Shown here one piece after another: positions 25,389-37,256 of a stretch of 64,000 nucleotides of DNA. Origin of the DNA: Planctomycetaceae bacterium (lineage in GTDB: Bacteria > Planctomycetota > PLA2); assembly GCA_011525755.1 (NCBI GenBank), contig WYBS01000193.1, forward strand, positions 20,962 through 84,961. The letters are read 5' to 3'. The stretch's first letter is position 1. Every line of letters starts with the position of its first letter. The notes beneath the pieces were generated by a model that was given only the letters and a program-made list of their open reading frames with translations, was not told the DNA's origin and ran no database searches. Position numbers and translations under genes: made by a program.

Positions 25389-26411
25389 GTGCGGCACCTC
25401 CTGTGCTACGGTGCCGACATGGGTGGACCGCGGTGGTGTCTCCTTGTGCTCGGCTTGCTCCTCCGGTCGGCGGCAGCCCAGGAAGTCGAGGACGCGAGGT
25501 CGGTCGCGGCAGAAGCTTCCGCAAGGCACGCGACCGCCGAGACGATCGCGCGCTTCATCCGCCTCCTCGTGGCGGAGCCCCGGGCTCCCGAGGAGGACGC
25601 ACGCCCGTGGCTGCTTGACGCGCTGATCCGGGCGGATGCCGACGTGCCGGCTCGCATCCTGGAGCCGCTGTTCGACACCTACCCGGATCAGGTGGTCGTC
25701 CTGCTGGCGAAGGATCCGGCCGCGAACCGCGAGGCCATGCTGCGGCTGACGGACGGCGAGGCGGCGCCGCTCCACCGGATGGCGATCGCGGCCGTGCTGG
25801 CCGGCGCCCGTCAACCCGGCGTCGCCTCGCGCCTGCTGGACGGACTCGTCGTGACCTGCATGGTGTCCGTGCTGCCGAGCCCGAACATGGCGATCGGTGT
25901 CGGTGGCGGAGCCGGCGGCCCGCCGCCGGCTCCTGTCGTTCGCGCCCACCGCGTCCTGAGACCGGGTTGGCCTCCTTTCGTCCGGTACACGCTCACGGAC
26001 AAGCCGCAGAGAGGCGACGTGCTCGTCGGAGGTGGGACGTACCGGATCTACTACCGGCGGGAAGAGATCCGCGGTGACGGCGTGGATCTTCTCGTTTTTC
26101 CGCCCTGCATCGACGACGCCAGCTTGCGCCTTGGCTGTGTCGCTGACCTTCTCCCAGGTGGCCCCAGGGAGGTGCGGCTGCAACCAGTCACGCAGTGGAC
26201 CCTCTACTGGAGCGACGCGGAGACGTACCTGAAGGAGGTCGCGGAACGCCGCGCGAGGCTCGCTGTCTTCCACGCAGCGCTCGTCGGTGCGCTGGTGCGG
26301 CGCGGGTTGCTGACGGAGCAGGAGCGGAAGGGGTTGAAGCTCCGCGTTGCGTGGAAGATCACGGACCACCGCCGGGAAAACGAGCCCCTCCCGGCCATTC
26401 CGGACGAGTGA
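25389..26411 (+). CDS. Hypothetical secreted protein
   Basis: 340 aa. The likely start is MGGPRWCLLVLGLLLRSAAAQEV (signal peptide). No recognisable catalytic motif; it is convergent with aroC. Confidence 0.4.
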   Translation: MRHLLCYGADMGGPRWCLLVLGLLLRSAAAQEVEDARSVAAEASARHATAETIARFIRLLVAEPRAPEEDARPWLLDALIRADADVPARILEPLFDTYPDQVVVLLAKDPAANREAMLRLTDGEAAPLHRMAIAAVLAGARQPGVASRLLDGLVVTCMVSVLPSPNMAIGVGGGAGGPPPAPVVRAHRVLRPGWPPFVRYTLTDKPQRGDVLVGGGTYRIYYRREEIRGDGVDLLVFPPCIDDASLRLGCVADLLPGGPREVRLQPVTQWTLYWSDAETYLKEVAERRARLAVFHAALVGALVRRGLLTEQERKGLKLRVAWKITDHRRENEPLPAIPDE

Positions 26412-26416
26412 CAAGG

Positions 26417-27544
26417 TTAAACGGCAGTCCAACGGGGCGCGAGCTGGGCCACGTAGCCCTCGTAGTTCCGGCGCATCTCGGCGAGCGAGTCGCCGCCGAG
26501 CTTCTCCGCGAGCGCCTGCGCGAGCACGATCGCAACCGACGCCTCGCAGACGATCGCCGCCGCAGGCACCGCCGTCACGTCGCTCCGCTCGAAGTGCGCG
26601 TCCTTCCGGCCGCCCCGCTCGAGATCCACCGACTCCAGCGCCCGGCGGAGCGTCGAGAGGGGCTTCATCGCCGCGCGGACGACGACGGGCTCGCCGTTCG
26701 TCATCCCGCCCTCGATCCCGCCCGCGCGGTTCGTCGGCCGCACGATCCGGCCGTCCCTCCCCTCGCGGATCCGGTCATGCACCTGCGAGCCGCGGCGCGC
26801 GGCCGCCCCGAACCCGAGGCCGATCTCGACGCCCTTGATCGCGGGGATCCCGAGGAGCGACGCCCCGAGGCGCGCGTCGAGCCGCATCGCCGCCTGCGCG
26901 TTCGACCCGAGGCCCGGCGGCACGCCGGTCGCCACCACCTCGATCACGCCGCCGAGCGTGTCGCCGTCGCGCGCCGCGGCGTCGACCGCGCGCTTCGCCT
27001 TCGCGTCCCCCTTGGGGTCGAGCGAGTGGAACGGCGACGCGTCGCGCGCCGCCCGGTCGAGCGGCCCCGCCGCGAACCGGACAGGCCCGAGCCGGACGAC
27101 GTGGCCCGTGACCGTCACGCCGAGCTCGCGCAGCAGCAGCGCGCAGAGCCCCCCCACCGCGGTCCGGACGGCGGTCTCGCGGGCGGAGGAGCGCTCGAGC
27201 ACGTCGCGCGCGTCGGCGCCGTGGCCGAACTTGAGGACGCCGGCGAGGTCGGCGTGGCCGGGCCGCGGGCGCGTGACGGCGGGGAGCTTCGAGAGCGTGC
27301 GCGCGCGGTTCCGGACCCGGAGCGTGATCGGGTTCCCGGTGGCCATCCCCTTCCGCACGCCGGAGAGCGTGACCGCGCGATCGCGCTCGAGCTTCTGGCG
27401 CTCCGACCGGCCGTAGCCGGCCTGCCGCCTCGCGAGCATGGCGTCAAGGAACGCGCGGTCGATCCGGAGCCCCGCGGGAAGGCCCGTGACGATCGCGACG
27501 AGCCCCGCGCCGTGCGACTCCCCTGCCGTGACGTACTCGATCAC
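26417..27544 (-). CDS. aroC: Chorismate synthase
   Basis: 375 aa: MIEYVTAGESHGAGLVAIVTGLPAGLRIDRAFLDAMLARRQAGYGRSERQKLERD...GGIEGGMTNGEPVV; a canonical AroC throughout. Confidence 0.93.
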   Translation of the reverse strand: MIEYVTAGESHGAGLVAIVTGLPAGLRIDRAFLDAMLARRQAGYGRSERQKLERDRAVTLSGVRKGMATGNPITLRVRNRARTLSKLPAVTRPRPGHADLAGVLKFGHGADARDVLERSSARETAVRTAVGGLCALLLRELGVTVTGHVVRLGPVRFAAGPLDRAARDASPFHSLDPKGDAKAKRAVDAAARDGDTLGGVIEVVATGVPPGLGSNAQAAMRLDARLGASLLGIPAIKGVEIGLGFGAAARRGSQVHDRIREGRDGRIVRPTNRAGGIEGGMTNGEPVVVRAAMKPLSTLRRALESVDLERGGRKDAHFERSDVTAVPAAAIVCEASVAIVLAQALAEKLGGDSLAEMRRNYEGYVAQLAPRWTAV

Positions 27545-27577
27545 GGGGAGGATTATCAGGGGGCTCCGGGGGCGCCG

Positions 27578-30253
27578 CTAGAGATCGTTGATCTCGTGGG
27601 TCTCGCCGTCGTAGGAGAGGCGGCGGGGGCGGCTCTCGACCAGCGTCTCGATGTGGACGGGGCGCGTCCAGAGGCGGTAGAGGTGGCGGAGCGTCTCCTT
27701 CGCCTGCGCGAGGTCGAGATCCTGCCCGTCGTGGCGGTGGGAAAGGACGACCTCGCCGCGGTTCCGGAAGTTGCCGTCCGTCACCTCGATGATCGGCTGG
27801 CCGCCGTTCGCGAGGCTGCGCAGGAGGCGGTCCTTCACGAGCCTCCAGTCGCGGCTCGCGATCTCCTGGCGGCCCGTCTTCGGGTTGAACTCGTAGGTGT
27901 AGAGCTTCTGGCGCTCGCAGAACTCCCGCGTCAGGAACTCGTCCACGAACGTGACGTCGTTGTAGATGCGCCTCACCTCGAAGATCTTCTCGCGGCCCTG
28001 CCGGAGGCCCGTGTCCCACTGGCGCTTGACGTCCCGGTCGTCGCACTCCTCGTACTCCTTGCCGAACTGCCCCTTGTCCCAGCGCTCCTCGATGTCGCGG
28101 TAGAGCTCGATGCCGAGCTTGTAGGGGTTGACCTGCCCCGGCTGCGTCGCCATCGCGCCCGCGTGGCGTTCGGCGAAATCCACGACCTCCGAGGAATCGA
28201 GGAGCTTCTCGGTCATCATCCGCGAATGCCAGTAGCTGTTGTGGTGGACGAGCCCCTCGGCCGCGTACCGGTGGGTCCCCTCGACCGTCATGTCGTAGAC
28301 GTCCGCGCGTCCGCGATCGAGAGAGACCACCTCGTCCTCGGCCGGCTGGTCGAGGAGCCAGCAGTGGCCATCGACGTAGCGGCGCAGCGCTTCGCGCTTG
28401 CGGGCGAGGCCGAAGTTCACTTCCTCGCCGAAGGTGCGGACCGCGGCGCCCGCGACGTGGATCCGCCAGCAACCATCCGCACGCTGGCGGCGTCTGCTCG
28501 AGATCACCCCGAAGTTCGCGAGGAGCACGTGGACGAGGCGCGCGAGCTCGTCGCTCTTGGTGATCAGGATCACGCCGGCCGGGCCCGCGTAACCGTCCCC
28601 GTCGAAGTACGAGCGGAGGAACGCCGCGACGACGCTCCTGGGGGAACGCAGGATTGCCTCCGGCACCGTCTTGCGCCCGACTGCGAACCCCGCGGGGAGG
28701 CCGAGATGGCGGAGGAAGTCGATCAGGTGGCGTGAATAGAGATGCACCCGGATCCGGTTCCCCTGGCGCTGCGTGCGCGGCTCGAGCCCGAAGAGGTCCT
28801 CTGCGAGCGATGCGAAGTCCGCGGCCTGCTCTTCGTCGCCCGTAGTCAGGGAGACCACGCGCTTGACCTCGCTGACGTTGCCGTCGGAGAGCAGATAGCC
28901 GAGGAAGGATGCCAGCCGCTCGTCCATCACGCGCGGGGTACGAAGCGGTGAGCGATTGCCGAAGAGCGGCCCCCTCGCGGCGAGATCGGGCGCGAGGAGC
29001 GGTTCGATTCGTGCCCCGCTCCTGCTCACGAACAGACCCTGCTCGTGACGCAGGACGGTGCTCACGTTGACGCCGGCCTTCTCAGCTGCGGCTTCAAGCG
29101 TGAACCGCTCGGGCGGCCGCCAGTCGAGCCGGACTCGGTCCCGCGCCCATAGGTCCGTGCCGATTGCGAGGCGGACGCGGTCGCCGGTGACGAGCTCGTC
29201 GAGCCGCCGCCAGGCGCCGTCGGCAAGTTGGACCCGGTGGGTTGTCGAGCCCTCGACTTCGTAGCCCCGGCGGGTCGTGAGCCGCACCGTCTCGCGGTCC
29301 TCGAACCGGGCCCAGTCGGCGATCCGGCGACGGTCGGCGCCGTCGTTCACCTCGCCGGTGATCCGTTCCTCGACGATCTCGCGAATGGTGAGGAGACCGC
29401 GGTCGGTCGGCACCCGCGCGTCGCCTCGCAGGCAAGCCCACCCTTCGTTCGCGACCTTCGTCAGGCGCTGCGGCGCGAAGTAGTAGGCCTCCTCGCGGAT
29501 CATCGCGAGCACGTCGCGCTGCCAGTCGCGGAGCGGCGCGTGCTCGAGCAGGAACCAGAGCACGTCGCGCTCCGGCCGCTCGGGGAAGTGCGGCGCGCGC
29601 TTCCTCGCCTCCTCGATCGCCCTCTTCTGCCCCTCGATGAACTCCGGGGGGTTGATGAAGGACTCCATGTAGGGCTTCGCCTGGAACCGGACGATCCCCT
29701 TCCCCTCGGACCCCTTCCCCTCCTCCTCGCGGGGACGCCGCCTCGGCGGCGCGTAGGGCGCGTAGATGTCGATCAGGTTCTCGAGGCAGAGGCAGGAGTC
29801 GAGGAACGCCTCCACCTCGTCCGGCCCCTCGCGCGACACGTGCCGCTGGATCCGCGAGGCGTGGCTCGCGAGCTCGTCGATCATGTGGCGGTTGGTCGGC
29901 GCGAACCAGAGGTTGTTCTTGAAGAAGTCGCAGTGCGCGTACACGTGCGCCATCACGAGCTTCTGGTCGACGAACGCGTTCCCCTTGAGCAGGTAGGCGT
30001 AGCAGGGGTCGTTGTTGATGACGAGCTCGTAGATCTTGCTGAACCCCCAGCCGTAGCTCTTCGAGATCTGGTCGTAGGCCATCCCGAACCGCCAGTGCGG
30101 GTAGCGGATCGGGAACCCGTCGTAGGCGGCGACGGTGTTCATCTGCTGCCAGTCGACGAGCTCGAAGACCGTCTCGAAGAAGTCGAGGCGATACGAGGCG
30201 GCGACCTCGCGGACCCGCCTCTGGAGTTCGGCGAGCTCGGCCGGCAGGCTCAT
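27578..30253 (-). CDS. spoVR: SpoVR/YcgB-family protein interrupted in-frame by an intein (891-aa precursor; 492-aa mature SpoVR)
   Basis: Start [62 protein letters not shown] (SpoVR N-terminus). The ATG overlaps the yeaH stop (ATGA). The extein junction NEGWA|C...HN|SYWH and a C-terminal extein through ...HEINDL. The 1977-aa track ORF is this frame read upstream through yeaH/prkA out of frame. Confidence 0.88.
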   Translation of the reverse strand: MSLPAELAELQRRVREVAASYRLDFFETVFELVDWQQMNTVAAYDGFPIRYPHWRFGMAYDQISKSYGWGFSKIYELVINNDPCYAYLLKGNAFVDQKLVMAHVYAHCDFFKNNLWFAPTNRHMIDELASHASRIQRHVSREGPDEVEAFLDSCLCLENLIDIYAPYAPPRRRPREEEGKGSEGKGIVRFQAKPYMESFINPPEFIEGQKRAIEEARKRAPHFPERPERDVLWFLLEHAPLRDWQRDVLAMIREEAYYFAPQRLTKVANEGWACLRGDARVPTDRGLLTIREIVEERITGEVNDGADRRRIADWARFEDRETVRLTTRRGYEVEGSTTHRVQLADGAWRRLDELVTGDRVRLAIGTDLWARDRVRLDWRPPERFTLEAAAEKAGVNVSTVLRHEQGLFVSRSGARIEPLLAPDLAARGPLFGNRSPLRTPRVMDERLASFLGYLLSDGNVSEVKRVVSLTTGDEEQAADFASLAEDLFGLEPRTQRQGNRIRVHLYSRHLIDFLRHLGLPAGFAVGRKTVPEAILRSPRSVVAAFLRSYFDGDGYAGPAGVILITKSDELARLVHVLLANFGVISSRRRQRADGCWRIHVAGAAVRTFGEEVNFGLARKREALRRYVDGHCWLLDQPAEDEVVSLDRGRADVYDMTVEGTHRYAAEGLVHHNSYWHSRMMTEKLLDSSEVVDFAERHAGAMATQPGQVNPYKLGIELYRDIEERWDKGQFGKEYEECDDRDVKRQWDTGLRQGREKIFEVRRIYNDVTFVDEFLTREFCERQKLYTYEFNPKTGRQEIASRDWRLVKDRLLRSLANGGQPIIEVTDGNFRNRGEVVLSHRHDGQDLDLAQAKETLRHLYRLWTRPVHIETLVESRPRRLSYDGETHEINDL
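28238..29434 (-). mobile_element. Intein (399 aa) with LAGLIDADG-type homing-endonuclease domain, inserted in spoVR
   Basis: It begins with Cys right after the host NEGWA ([17 protein letters not shown]; block A) and ends ...[10 protein letters not shown], followed by Ser+1 (SYWH). Block B-like STTH. Two LAGLIDADG motifs ([10 protein letters not shown] and [11 protein letters not shown]) with both Asp retained. Removing residues 274-672 restores the conserved SpoVR motif NEGWASYWH. Confidence 0.85.
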
Positions 30254-31383
30254 CGTCCCGTCCCCAGGAACTGCTTGATCGAGTCCACGATCCCGTCCTT
30301 GTCCGGGACCTCGGACGTGATCACGCGGTCGTCGTCGCGGAAGGAGCTGTCGAGGTCGTTCTTGAACTGCCCCGACCCGTACGTGGAACGCACCTGGCCG
30401 TAGCAGAACACGTTCACCTTCGGCAGCAGCTGGTCCTTGAGGAGCTCGAGGCAGCGCGACGTGTCGCCGCCCGACCAGTTGTCGCCGTCGCTGAAGTGGA
30501 AGGGGTAGATGTTCCACTCCGCCGGCGGGTAGTCGCGGTCGATGATCTTGTTGCAGAGGTCGTACGCCGACGAGATCTTCGTCCCGCCCGACTCCCGCAG
30601 GTGGAAGAACGTGTGCTCGTCCACCTCCTTCGCCTCGGCGTCGTGGACGACGTACCGCGTCTCGATGTGGCGGTACTGGCTCTTCAGCCACGTGTCGATC
30701 CAGAACGCCTCGATGCGCACGATCTCCTTCTGCTCGTCGCCCATGCTCCCGGACACGTCCATCATGTACACGATCACCGCGTTCGACTGCGGCTGGAGCT
30801 TCGGCTCCCAGCTGCGGTAGCGCATGTCGTCGGGATACGGCACGACGATGCCGCCCGCGGGCCCGAAGCGGCCGGACGCGATCTCGCGCTTGAGCGCGCG
30901 CTTGAAGGTGCGCTTCACGTGGCGGAGGGACGCCGGTCCCACGCGGCGGAGCCCCGTGTACCGGTTCACCTGCGTGGTGATCTGCCGCTTCCCCTTGGGC
31001 TGGATCCTCGGGAGCGCGAGCTCCTCGCCGAGGATCTTCGCGAGCTCCTCGAGGCTCACCTCCACCTCGAGGGCGTGCTCGCCGCCCTGCTCGCCGGCCT
31101 CCCCCTTCCCGTCCGCCTGCTCGCCCGGGCCGAGCGGCTCGCCGACCTGGCCCTCGCCCTGGCCGACGCCGCCCCCCTGGTTCGAGCCGAACCGGAACCG
31201 CGGCAGGTGGATCTGCGGCATCGGGATCGAGACCGTCTCCGCCCCCCGCCGCGCGATGAGCGAGCCGTTCGCCACGTGCTTCCGGAGGTCCTTCCGGATG
31301 GCGCCCTTCACGATCGCGCGGAAGCGCGTGTGATCGAGGTCGATCTTCTGCACCATGGCGGCCCACTCGGTCCCTTGCGACAT
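30250..31383 (-). CDS. yeaH: YeaH/DUF444 family protein (vWA-like, PrkA partner)
   Basis: 377 aa: [33 protein letters not shown]..., a Gly-rich segment and a C-terminal vWA-like region ([12 protein letters not shown]). It is flanked by prkA upstream and spoVR downstream as in the conserved yeaG-yeaH-ycgB arrangement. Confidence 0.88.
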   Translation of the reverse strand: MSQGTEWAAMVQKIDLDHTRFRAIVKGAIRKDLRKHVANGSLIARRGAETVSIPMPQIHLPRFRFGSNQGGGVGQGEGQVGEPLGPGEQADGKGEAGEQGGEHALEVEVSLEELAKILGEELALPRIQPKGKRQITTQVNRYTGLRRVGPASLRHVKRTFKRALKREIASGRFGPAGGIVVPYPDDMRYRSWEPKLQPQSNAVIVYMMDVSGSMGDEQKEIVRIEAFWIDTWLKSQYRHIETRYVVHDAEAKEVDEHTFFHLRESGGTKISSAYDLCNKIIDRDYPPAEWNIYPFHFSDGDNWSGGDTSRCLELLKDQLLPKVNVFCYGQVRSTYGSGQFKNDLDSSFRDDDRVITSEVPDKDGIVDSIKQFLGTGR

Positions 31384-31392
31384 CCCGTTCCG

Positions 31393-33453
<2,061 letters not shown>

Positions 33454-33766
33454 CTAACGGTCGAGGCCGGCGGGGCCAGTGACGGCCCCCCCGGCCTCTT
33501 CCATCTCGCACTTCTCGGGGAAGCTTCTTCGCCCCCCGCCCCTGAATACGCGGCCCGGGAGCAAATGGCAGCTCCCGCTGGCCCAGGACGAAGACACACC
33601 ACCGCCTGCTTGCATGCCCGGGGGTTGAGCCCCTCTGAGAAAGATCGGCCAGACGCGGGACCGCGACGAGAGGGGGCCCGCTTCCGCCCAGGGGCCTCGG
33701 CGGGGCAGGCCGCCCTCCACGGCGGCCGAGGCCCTGAACGCTCTCTCGGGGACACAGCCGGCGAGA

Positions 33767-34981
33767 CTACCGCGCGGGGGCCTCAACGTAGCGGCCCTGG
33801 CTCCGGTCGGCGAGCGTCTTCAGCGCGGGCGTCCCGGCGCGCCCGAGCGCGATCACGTGGACGCGGCAGCGGCCCTCGGGGAGCTTCTCGAACTGGCGCT
33901 CGACCGCCGACTTGGCGGTCGTGGCCGCCGTCTCGCGCCCGTCCGTGAGGAGGAAGAGCTCGGCCTTCGCGTCCGGGTCGTCCTCCAGCGCCTTGTTGAG
34001 CATCGCGAGGCCCGTCATGACGGCGCCGTTGACGTCGGTCTTCTCCCCCGCGGGGAGATCGTTCACCCAGCGCTCCGCCGCGGCCTTCGCGTCCGTCGTC
34101 GCCGCGACGAGCGACTTCGCCTCCGTGAAGAAGAAGCGGCGCTGGTCGAAGCAGAGGATGTTGAACTCCACGTCGGAGGGCAGCGAGAAGAGCGCGCGCT
34201 TCAGCTCCTGGAAGTGCTCGGAGCGCGAAGCCTTGTGCATGCTGCTCGACATGTCGACGACGAAGATCACCCGCTTCTCCACCACCGGGATCGTGTAGAG
34301 CGCGGGGCAGATGCCCCGCACGGGCCCCCCGTGGAGCGTCACTTTCCGGTCCTCGGCCGTCGTGCGGCGCTCCCCCTCCTTCTGCGGGGGCGCCTCCTTC
34401 GCGAACCACGCGGCCCACTTCTCGCGGTCCGTGCCGAGCGGCTGCCCCGTGAGCCGGTAGAGCGCCTCCGCGGCGCGGGCGACGACGGCCGGGTGCTCGT
34501 CCGAGAGGGCGTCGAGGAGCGGGCCCCTCGCCCGCGCGCGGGCTCCGGCGAGCAGGAGGTCGACCATCGCCGCCCGCATCCGCCAGGACGCGTCCTCCCG
34601 GAGGGCCCGGACGATCGTGTCGTGGAGCACGGGGTCGGCGTGGTCCTTGACGATCGCCTGGACGTGCGCCCGCACCTCCTCGCTCGGGTCCAAGGCCGCG
34701 ACCACGAGCCGGTCGAGGGACCGCCCCGTGCGAAGCCGGAGGAGGAGGTCGCAGGCTGCCTTCCGGACGAGCGGGACATCTTCCCCCTTGAGCGCCTTCT
34801 CCACCTCGGCCGCCGCCCGGTTCCGCTCCTTCTCGTCCGCGCCGCCGGCCGCGGCCCCGGCCTGCTCGAGCCCCACGAGGCGCTCCGCGGGTCCTTCGGC
34901 ACGGAAGGCGCGCTGGACCTGCTGGACGAGGTCGGCCCTCGCCGCGGCCGCGAGGAGCAGGAGGGCGGGCAAGGCGCGCAC
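33767..34981 (-). CDS. Secreted HEAT-repeat protein with C-terminal von Willebrand factor A domain
   Basis: GTG start. Signal peptide MRALPALLLLAAAARA; HEAT-like helices (PBS-lyase type); a vWA MIDAS motif VIFVVDMSSSM ... LLTDGRET. It is the last gene of a minus-strand operon. Confidence 0.75.
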   Translation of the reverse strand: MRALPALLLLAAAARADLVQQVQRAFRAEGPAERLVGLEQAGAAAGGADEKERNRAAAEVEKALKGEDVPLVRKAACDLLLRLRTGRSLDRLVVAALDPSEEVRAHVQAIVKDHADPVLHDTIVRALREDASWRMRAAMVDLLLAGARARARGPLLDALSDEHPAVVARAAEALYRLTGQPLGTDREKWAAWFAKEAPPQKEGERRTTAEDRKVTLHGGPVRGICPALYTIPVVEKRVIFVVDMSSSMHKASRSEHFQELKRALFSLPSDVEFNILCFDQRRFFFTEAKSLVAATTDAKAAAERWVNDLPAGEKTDVNGAVMTGLAMLNKALEDDPDAKAELFLLTDGRETAATTAKSAVERQFEKLPEGRCRVHVIALGRAGTPALKTLADRSQGRYVEAPAR

Positions 34982-34983
34982 GT

Positions 34984-36462
34984 CTAGCGGCTCTCGTCGA
35001 TGATCTTCCGGAAGCGTTCCTCCAGGCGGGCGCGCTCCCGATCATTGGGAACGACGCGGAGGACCCGGATGGCAGCGGCGGCCGCCTTGGCCGTGTGGAT
35101 CCTCTCGAGCGCGACGAACGCCGTGCTCCATTCGGACCGGTGTCCGCTCCGCTCGATGTAGGCGACGAGCGCCTCGACGCCGTCGTCCCGCCCGCGCTGC
35201 CCGAGGGCCCGGGCGGCCGAGGTCCGGACGCGGAGCTCGGCGTCCTGGAGCCCCCGTTCCTGCGCGACCTTCGTCATCTCCTCGGTCGGCGCCGGGATCC
35301 GGGAGACGGCGCCCATGACCGCGACCCGCCCTTCGGTGCCGAGGCCGCCGAAGCCCTCCGCGAGCATCGCGACCGTGTCGCGCTCCTTGATCGAGTGGAT
35401 CGCGTTGATCGCGCGGTTCTGGTCCTCGGGCGAGCCGGTCTGGACGATGTCCAGGAGCATCTTCCCCGAGTCCACGTCGCCGAACTTGCCGAGCGCCTGG
35501 ATCGCGATCGCGCGGCTCTCCGAGTCGGACTCGGTCTTCAGGAGCTCGCGCACCATCTCGGCGTGCTTGGGCTCGTTCGACGCCTGGAGGATCCGGAGCA
35601 GCGAACGACGCTTCTGGGGGTCCGCCCCGTCGAGCCCCGTCGCGACCTTCTCCATGAGGCCGGGGATCCGGCCGCGCTCCTGGAGCACGCGCTCGATCTC
35701 GGTCCTCGACGCCGGGATGAGGGGCTTGTCGAGGCGCAGGAAGAGCTGCTCGAGCTCGTCGGGCCGCGCGACCTGCCCGATCGTGCGGATGATCAGGGGC
35801 TCGTCCTGGAGCCCCTCGCCGAGCATCGCGAGGAGCGCCGGCGTCACCTCCGGCACGTTCATCATGCCGAGCGCGGAGTAGATGCCGCGGCGGGTGTGGA
35901 CGTCGTCCGGCGTGTTCCGGAGCATCTCGAGGAGCGCCTTCGCCGTATCGGTGTCCCCGTCGAGCGACCCGATCGCGCCCGCGATCGCGTCCTTCCACGC
36001 CGGCTGGGCCGAGCCGAGCATCTGGAGCAGCCGCTCGCGGACCGCCGGCGTCACGCGGTGCCCCATCTTCCGGAGGAGCTCCTGGAGCTCGCGCGCCATC
36101 GCCATCCGCTCGTCCGGACGGAGCTTTCCGTCGGTCATCCCCTCGACGAGCTCCTCGATCCGGCCCGCGTAGCGCTCGCGGGCCTCGATCATCTCGGGGC
36201 TGTCGAAGGGCTCGCGGAGGCCGGGCTCGACGATCATCGGCGGCACCTTCCCGGCGCCGCGCCGGGCCTGCTCCGGCGTGACGTGCTGGATCCCCTTCGG
36301 GACATCCTTCGCCGGCATCCCCCCCCGCGCCCCCCCCTTGTCCGCATCCCGATCCGCGCGCGCGGTGCGGGTGTCCTCCTTCCCGCCGGTGACAAGGAGA
36401 AGCCCGCCGACGGCGATCGCGCCGAAGAGCGTCATCACGACGAGCAGCAGGTTGCGATTCAT
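34984..36462 (-). CDS. Membrane-anchored HEAT-repeat (PBS-lyase-like) protein
   Basis: Start MNRNLLLVVMTLFGAIAVGGLLLVTG (one TM), followed by ~450 aa of repeated HEAT-like units (e.g. ESRAIAIQALGKFGD, VRTSAARALGQRG). The ATG overlaps the upstream TGA (ATGA). The 1075-aa track ORF is a read-through artefact. Confidence 0.7.
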   Translation of the reverse strand: MNRNLLLVVMTLFGAIAVGGLLLVTGGKEDTRTARADRDADKGGARGGMPAKDVPKGIQHVTPEQARRGAGKVPPMIVEPGLREPFDSPEMIEARERYAGRIEELVEGMTDGKLRPDERMAMARELQELLRKMGHRVTPAVRERLLQMLGSAQPAWKDAIAGAIGSLDGDTDTAKALLEMLRNTPDDVHTRRGIYSALGMMNVPEVTPALLAMLGEGLQDEPLIIRTIGQVARPDELEQLFLRLDKPLIPASRTEIERVLQERGRIPGLMEKVATGLDGADPQKRRSLLRILQASNEPKHAEMVRELLKTESDSESRAIAIQALGKFGDVDSGKMLLDIVQTGSPEDQNRAINAIHSIKERDTVAMLAEGFGGLGTEGRVAVMGAVSRIPAPTEEMTKVAQERGLQDAELRVRTSAARALGQRGRDDGVEALVAYIERSGHRSEWSTAFVALERIHTAKAAAAAIRVLRVVPNDRERARLEERFRKIIDESR

Positions 36463-37256
36463 GCCGGACGCGCGCTCCTGCCCTTGGACGACAGGAGCCG
36501 GAACTCCCTTGCGGCCGCGACGAACGCGGCGAAGAGCCTCTGCGACGAGGCCGCCCCGCCGCCCTCGAGCACCTCGGGGTGCCACTGGACGGCGACGAAG
36601 AAGGGGTGGCCCGGATCCTCCACGGCCTCGACGATCCCGTCGGCGGTCGTCGCGGTCACGGCGAGGCCTTTCGCCACGCGGCGACAGGCCTGGTGGTGGT
36701 AGGAGTTCACGGCGGCCCTCGTCTCCCCGAGGATCTCCGCAAGCCGCGTGCCGGGACGGACCTCGATCTCGTGCCACGGCCCCTCCCGGAGCGTCTTCTG
36801 CGCGTGTCCTACGGACGACTCCTTCTGCGAGGGGATGTCCTGGTAGAGGTCGCCCCCGAGGGCCACGTTGATGAGCTGGATCCCCCGGCAGATGCCGAGG
36901 ACCGGCATGCCGCGCTCGCGGGCCGCACGGAGGAGTGCGATCTCGAACGCGTCCCGCCGCTCGTCCACGAGGTCGATCCTCGGGTGGGGCGCCTCGCCGT
37001 AGTGCCGGGGGTGGATGTCGTCCCCGCCGGTCAGGAGGAGTCCGTCCACCCGGGCCACGTACTCCGGCGCCAGCGAGAGGTTGTCGCTGTTCGGGAAGAG
37101 CACCGGGAGCCCCGACGCGGCCTCCACCCCCTGGGTATAGCCGCGCGGGACGGACTCGTTGAAGCGGTCCTTCACGCCCGACCGCACGCGCCGGGTCCAG
37201 GAGGTGAGCCCGATGAACGGATGTGTGTCCCCGTGCATGCCCATATTGTGACCCAT
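36459..37256 (-). CDS. Class I glutamine amidotransferase-like / gamma-glutamyl hydrolase (peptidase C26, PuuD-like)
   Basis: Start MGHNMGMHGDTHPFIGLTSW at 37256. Catalytic-cysteine context GICRGIQLIN and VQWHPE (His/Glu of the triad). Confidence 0.8.
   Translation of the reverse strand: MGHNMGMHGDTHPFIGLTSWTRRVRSGVKDRFNESVPRGYTQGVEAASGLPVLFPNSDNLSLAPEYVARVDGLLLTGGDDIHPRHYGEAPHPRIDLVDERRDAFEIALLRAARERGMPVLGICRGIQLINVALGGDLYQDIPSQKESSVGHAQKTLREGPWHEIEVRPGTRLAEILGETRAAVNSYHHQACRRVAKGLAVTATTADGIVEAVEDPGHPFFVAVQWHPEVLEGGGAASSQRLFAAFVAAAREFRLLSSKGRSARPA

Noticed and set aside
33454-33766. Possible sigma-54 promoter or intrinsic terminator in the prkA upstream / vWA downstream region
   Set aside because: I found a GC-rich dyad (GGGCCTCGGC...GCCGAGGCCC) but no following T-tract on the relevant strand. 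Only a weak GG-N10-GC match exists, not a convincing TGGCAC-N5-TTGCA element, so the evidence is insufficient to annotate.
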